Source: a virus (lineage: Duplodnaviria; Caudoviricetes). From it: DNA of 64,000 nt. Location: positions 32,001 to 96,000 of the IMG/VR virus record IMGVR_UViG_3300028048_003164; one strand, 5' to 3'. The position numbers and the translations under genes were made by a program. The notes beneath the pieces were generated by a model that saw only the letters and a program-made list of their open reading frames with translations, was not told the DNA's origin and ran no database searches. Positions 61,700-64,000 of this stretch are shown in pieces (the stretch's first letter is position 1; each line of letters opens with the position of its first letter).

Positions 61700-62227
61700 A
61701 TGGATTTCAATTCACTTGGGCAGGGTAGCCCGTTCTATATCCTCACTAAGCACGAGGGTCAGAAACCTACTCTCGAGGTAGGAACGATAAAGGAGAAAGT
61801 TCTCCAACAGCCGCAGTATCAGTTTCAGGCTGTTCCGACAGCTATGAACGGCATGGGTGTGCAACAGCAACTGGTAAGGATGGTCGTGACCATCGGCGGA
61901 AGTGACCGCGTTGTTCCCGACATACCGGGAAACGTTGAGATAGCCGCCAAGGGTGATATCACCTATTCAGGAAGTCCGCAGGCAATGATGCAGGCGGTGG
62001 ATGCCATGATGCAAACATCAAAGGCAGAACTAGAAAGGGAAGGCTACAACAAGATGGTACTTGGGGAAGGCGAGAGGTTCATGGAAACGCTTAATCCACG
62101 CTATGCCGAGGAGAAACAGCGTGACCGTACCATCAAGTCCCTCGAGGAACGTCAGGCGGCTACGGACAGCAAGCTTGACACAATAATCAGCAAACTGAAT
62201 GAGCTTTTTACACCGTCCAAGAAATAG
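61700..62227 (+). CDS. Hypothetical coiled-coil protein
   Basis: FNSLGQGSPFYIL...LNPRYAEEKQRD. Confidence 0.75.
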   Translation: MDFNSLGQGSPFYILTKHEGQKPTLEVGTIKEKVLQQPQYQFQAVPTAMNGMGVQQQLVRMVVTIGGSDRVVPDIPGNVEIAAKGDITYSGSPQAMMQAVDAMMQTSKAELEREGYNKMVLGEGERFMETLNPRYAEEKQRDRTIKSLEERQAATDSKLDTIISKLNELFTPSKK

Positions 62228-62251
62228 AAACCACAAATAACTTCAAAGACA

Positions 62252-62458
62252 ATGATTATCATTAAGGACAGCAACGAAGAGAGCAAAAGCGAGATGCGTC
62301 ACTATATGCGTTCTCGCATGCGCAGCAGCAGCCGCAATCGCGGTGGATACCGTACTAGCACCACATCATACAAGGATGAGGACAGCTGGAAGGAAGGCTA
62401 TGAGAAAGGCTACAAGGATGCCTGTAAGGACATGGAAAACGGCGAGTTAGACGACTAA
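62252..62458 (+). CDS. Small charged protein
   Basis: MIIIKD, Arg/Ser-rich segment, EGYEKGYKDA. Confidence 0.65.
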   Translation: MIIIKDSNEESKSEMRHYMRSRMRSSSRNRGGYRTSTTSYKDEDSWKEGYEKGYKDACKDMENGELDD

Positions 62459-62520
62459 GACCGTAGTGTTAACAAGAGTAAGGGAGTTTATTGCTCCCTA
62501 CTCTTCAAAAAAAAGACATT

Positions 62521-62937
62521 ATGAAAACATCATTAATGAACTTTTGCATTCCCGAAGACCTCGAACAGTATATGGCCTATTATGGGATGCATTTCAACAG
62601 GAAACTTTGCGATTTTGCCATCAGTAGGATGCGGAAGAAAGACAAGGTATCTGGGAAGATGGTAAAGGTAGTTCCCATGACAGTGAGCGAGTTGAAATCC
62701 GTCTTGGAGGAAAACAAGGTGGAGATAGACGATTCCTGCATCTATGACGCTATGTATCTTGCGGCAATGGTGAAGGCAGATTATTGGGGCAGCAGCATAG
62801 AGGATGATGAACACCTTACTAAATACATAAAAGATGTCCTTGGTGACGAGGACGGCTATGACGGACTTGTATTTTGCCGATACATCGGTGACTGTAATGC
62901 TACGGGAACGGTCATACAGTGGGACTTGATGCTTTAA
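62521..62937 (+). CDS. Conserved hypothetical protein
   Basis: YGMHFNRKLCDFA...MVKADYWGSSI...DEDGYDG. Confidence 0.75.
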   Translation: MKTSLMNFCIPEDLEQYMAYYGMHFNRKLCDFAISRMRKKDKVSGKMVKVVPMTVSELKSVLEENKVEIDDSCIYDAMYLAAMVKADYWGSSIEDDEHLTKYIKDVLGDEDGYDGLVFCRYIGDCNATGTVIQWDLML

Positions 62938-62941
62938 GCTT

Positions 62942-63331
62942 ATGAAAGCCGATTATATAGACATAAAAGGTTATTGGGGAATAATCCTCTGCCACGACCT
63001 TCGCAGGCTTGACGAGTATGAGATGCGTCAGGCTATGATAGCTTTCGGAATGCGAGGTGATAAGATTGACGAGGTGATAGATGTCCTGCTTTTCCAGAAG
63101 AATAGTGGAATGTGCGTAAGCCGTGATGACATCTGCATGAGTCTTGTGTTCGTAGGGAATGCTACGGGAGGCGATCAGTGGTGGGATACGACGGCGCACG
63201 AGGTACTCTATCATGCCATGGTTGCCATATGTGACTATTACGAAGTTCCGTACGGCAGTGAGGACGGGGCATGGCTTACGGGCTACCTTATGAGAAAAGC
63301 TGTGCAACTGTTAGGAGAGCCATGCCTATGA
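62942..63331 (+). CDS. HExxxH metallopeptidase-like protein
   Basis: AHEVLYH...EDGAWLTGYL. Confidence 0.6.
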   Translation: MKADYIDIKGYWGIILCHDLRRLDEYEMRQAMIAFGMRGDKIDEVIDVLLFQKNSGMCVSRDDICMSLVFVGNATGGDQWWDTTAHEVLYHAMVAICDYYEVPYGSEDGAWLTGYLMRKAVQLLGEPCL

Positions 63332-63546
63332 GTACGATGCTTGAAATGGGAAAAGACGGTGTCAACATACTATGCCTGTATGACATGACACGCTACGACA
63401 TCCGCTATCTTAATGCATGGCTCTTTGCCTTGGGGTTGAACGATACGGAAAGAAAAAGGAAATGCAGTATGCTGTTTGAGGACGGTGAGTTGCTTTTCAG
63501 CAACTTAAAGCATCACTTAACGATACACTGCAGGGTAAGGGCATAG
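63328..63546 (+). CDS. Hypothetical protein resembling the N-terminal half of the previous gene
   Basis: ILCLYDMTRYD...LFALG versus ILCHDLRRLD...MIAFG. Confidence 0.45.
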   Translation: MSTMLEMGKDGVNILCLYDMTRYDIRYLNAWLFALGLNDTERKRKCSMLFEDGELLFSNLKHHLTIHCRVRA

Positions 63547-63568
63547 CGACTCTCTTTCCCCATCCTTT

Positions 63569-64000
63569 TTACGATTCACTGTCGATGGGCGAGTAGCGCT
63601 CCATATAGATGTCTATCAGCGGTCGACCGTTGTAGAGCCAGTAGGGAGTGGGCTGAACGCCGTAGGAAAGCCCCTTTATTTTGCTTGTGGCGGCTGTAAG
63701 GGACATCAGTTCGCCATTGTACGCAACCTTCCTTTCCGAGGCGACAGTGGCGAAGATATGGGGGTCGTCCCTCCAAAAAAGATGCTCCCCTCCCTTTATT
63801 CCCAAAGCGAGAAAGTTGAACGGCTCTCTTCTCTTTGGTGACTCTGCCTTTTCTTTCTCAAGGGCGACACGCTCCTGTGGGTCAAGTCCTTTGTTGAGTT
63901 CCATATTTATTTCATCCGTGATGTTCTCCAACTGGAACATGGAGAGTATCGGTATCACCCTGTCTGCATCCATGCGGAAGAACTCCCTTTTGGGGTTTAC
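63569..64000 (-). CDS. C-terminal part of a T5orf172/GIY-YIG protein with a DUF4357/RAMA-like domain (5'-truncated)
   Basis: Frame is open to the window end: VNPKREFFRM...SLTAAT...QPTPYWLYNG. Confidence 0.7.
   Translation of the reverse strand, partial: VNPKREFFRMDADRVIPILSMFQLENITDEINMELNKGLDPQERVALEKEKAESPKRREPFNFLALGIKGGEHLFWRDDPHIFATVASERKVAYNGELMSLTAATSKIKGLSYGVQPTPYWLYNGRPLIDIYMERYSPIDSES

Noticed and set aside
1-64000. CRISPR array, rRNA, canonical tRNA, integrase or diversity-generating retroelement
   Set aside because: No regularly spaced repeats, canonical cloverleaf, recombinase or reverse-transcriptase motifs were recognised by eye.

Overview
A 64-kb segment of a large tailed dsDNA phage, most likely infecting Bacteroidales/Prevotella. 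The host call rests on TAnnTTTG -7 promoter boxes throughout and a Bacteroidetes-type MetK; the genetic code appears standard. Layout: a two-intein DNA methyltransferase, terS, intein-bearing terL and luxS (1-10 kb, +); a leftward arm of mostly small accessory genes including a GATase/amidoligase pair (10.4-25.5 kb, -); a rightward accessory arm including a vWA/PurA-like cassette (26-46.5 kb, +); a TnpB-only IS200/IS605 element; an inverted portal gene; metK and pfs; scaffold, capsid, neck and tail-tube genes; and an uncharacterised Gly-rich/Cys-triplet gene module. Three observations stand out. (1) The phage carries MetK, a DNA MTase, Pfs and LuxS with intact motifs, i.e. the full route from methionine to the AI-2 precursor DPD. 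(2) The terminase intein carries an HNH endonuclease in a different reading frame, behind its own candidate promoter. (3) A repeated 5' leader (AACCCTTAGA...possible pseudoknot...AAGAGTATG) precedes several unrelated genes. All calls come from motif recognition by eye; no database searches were run.
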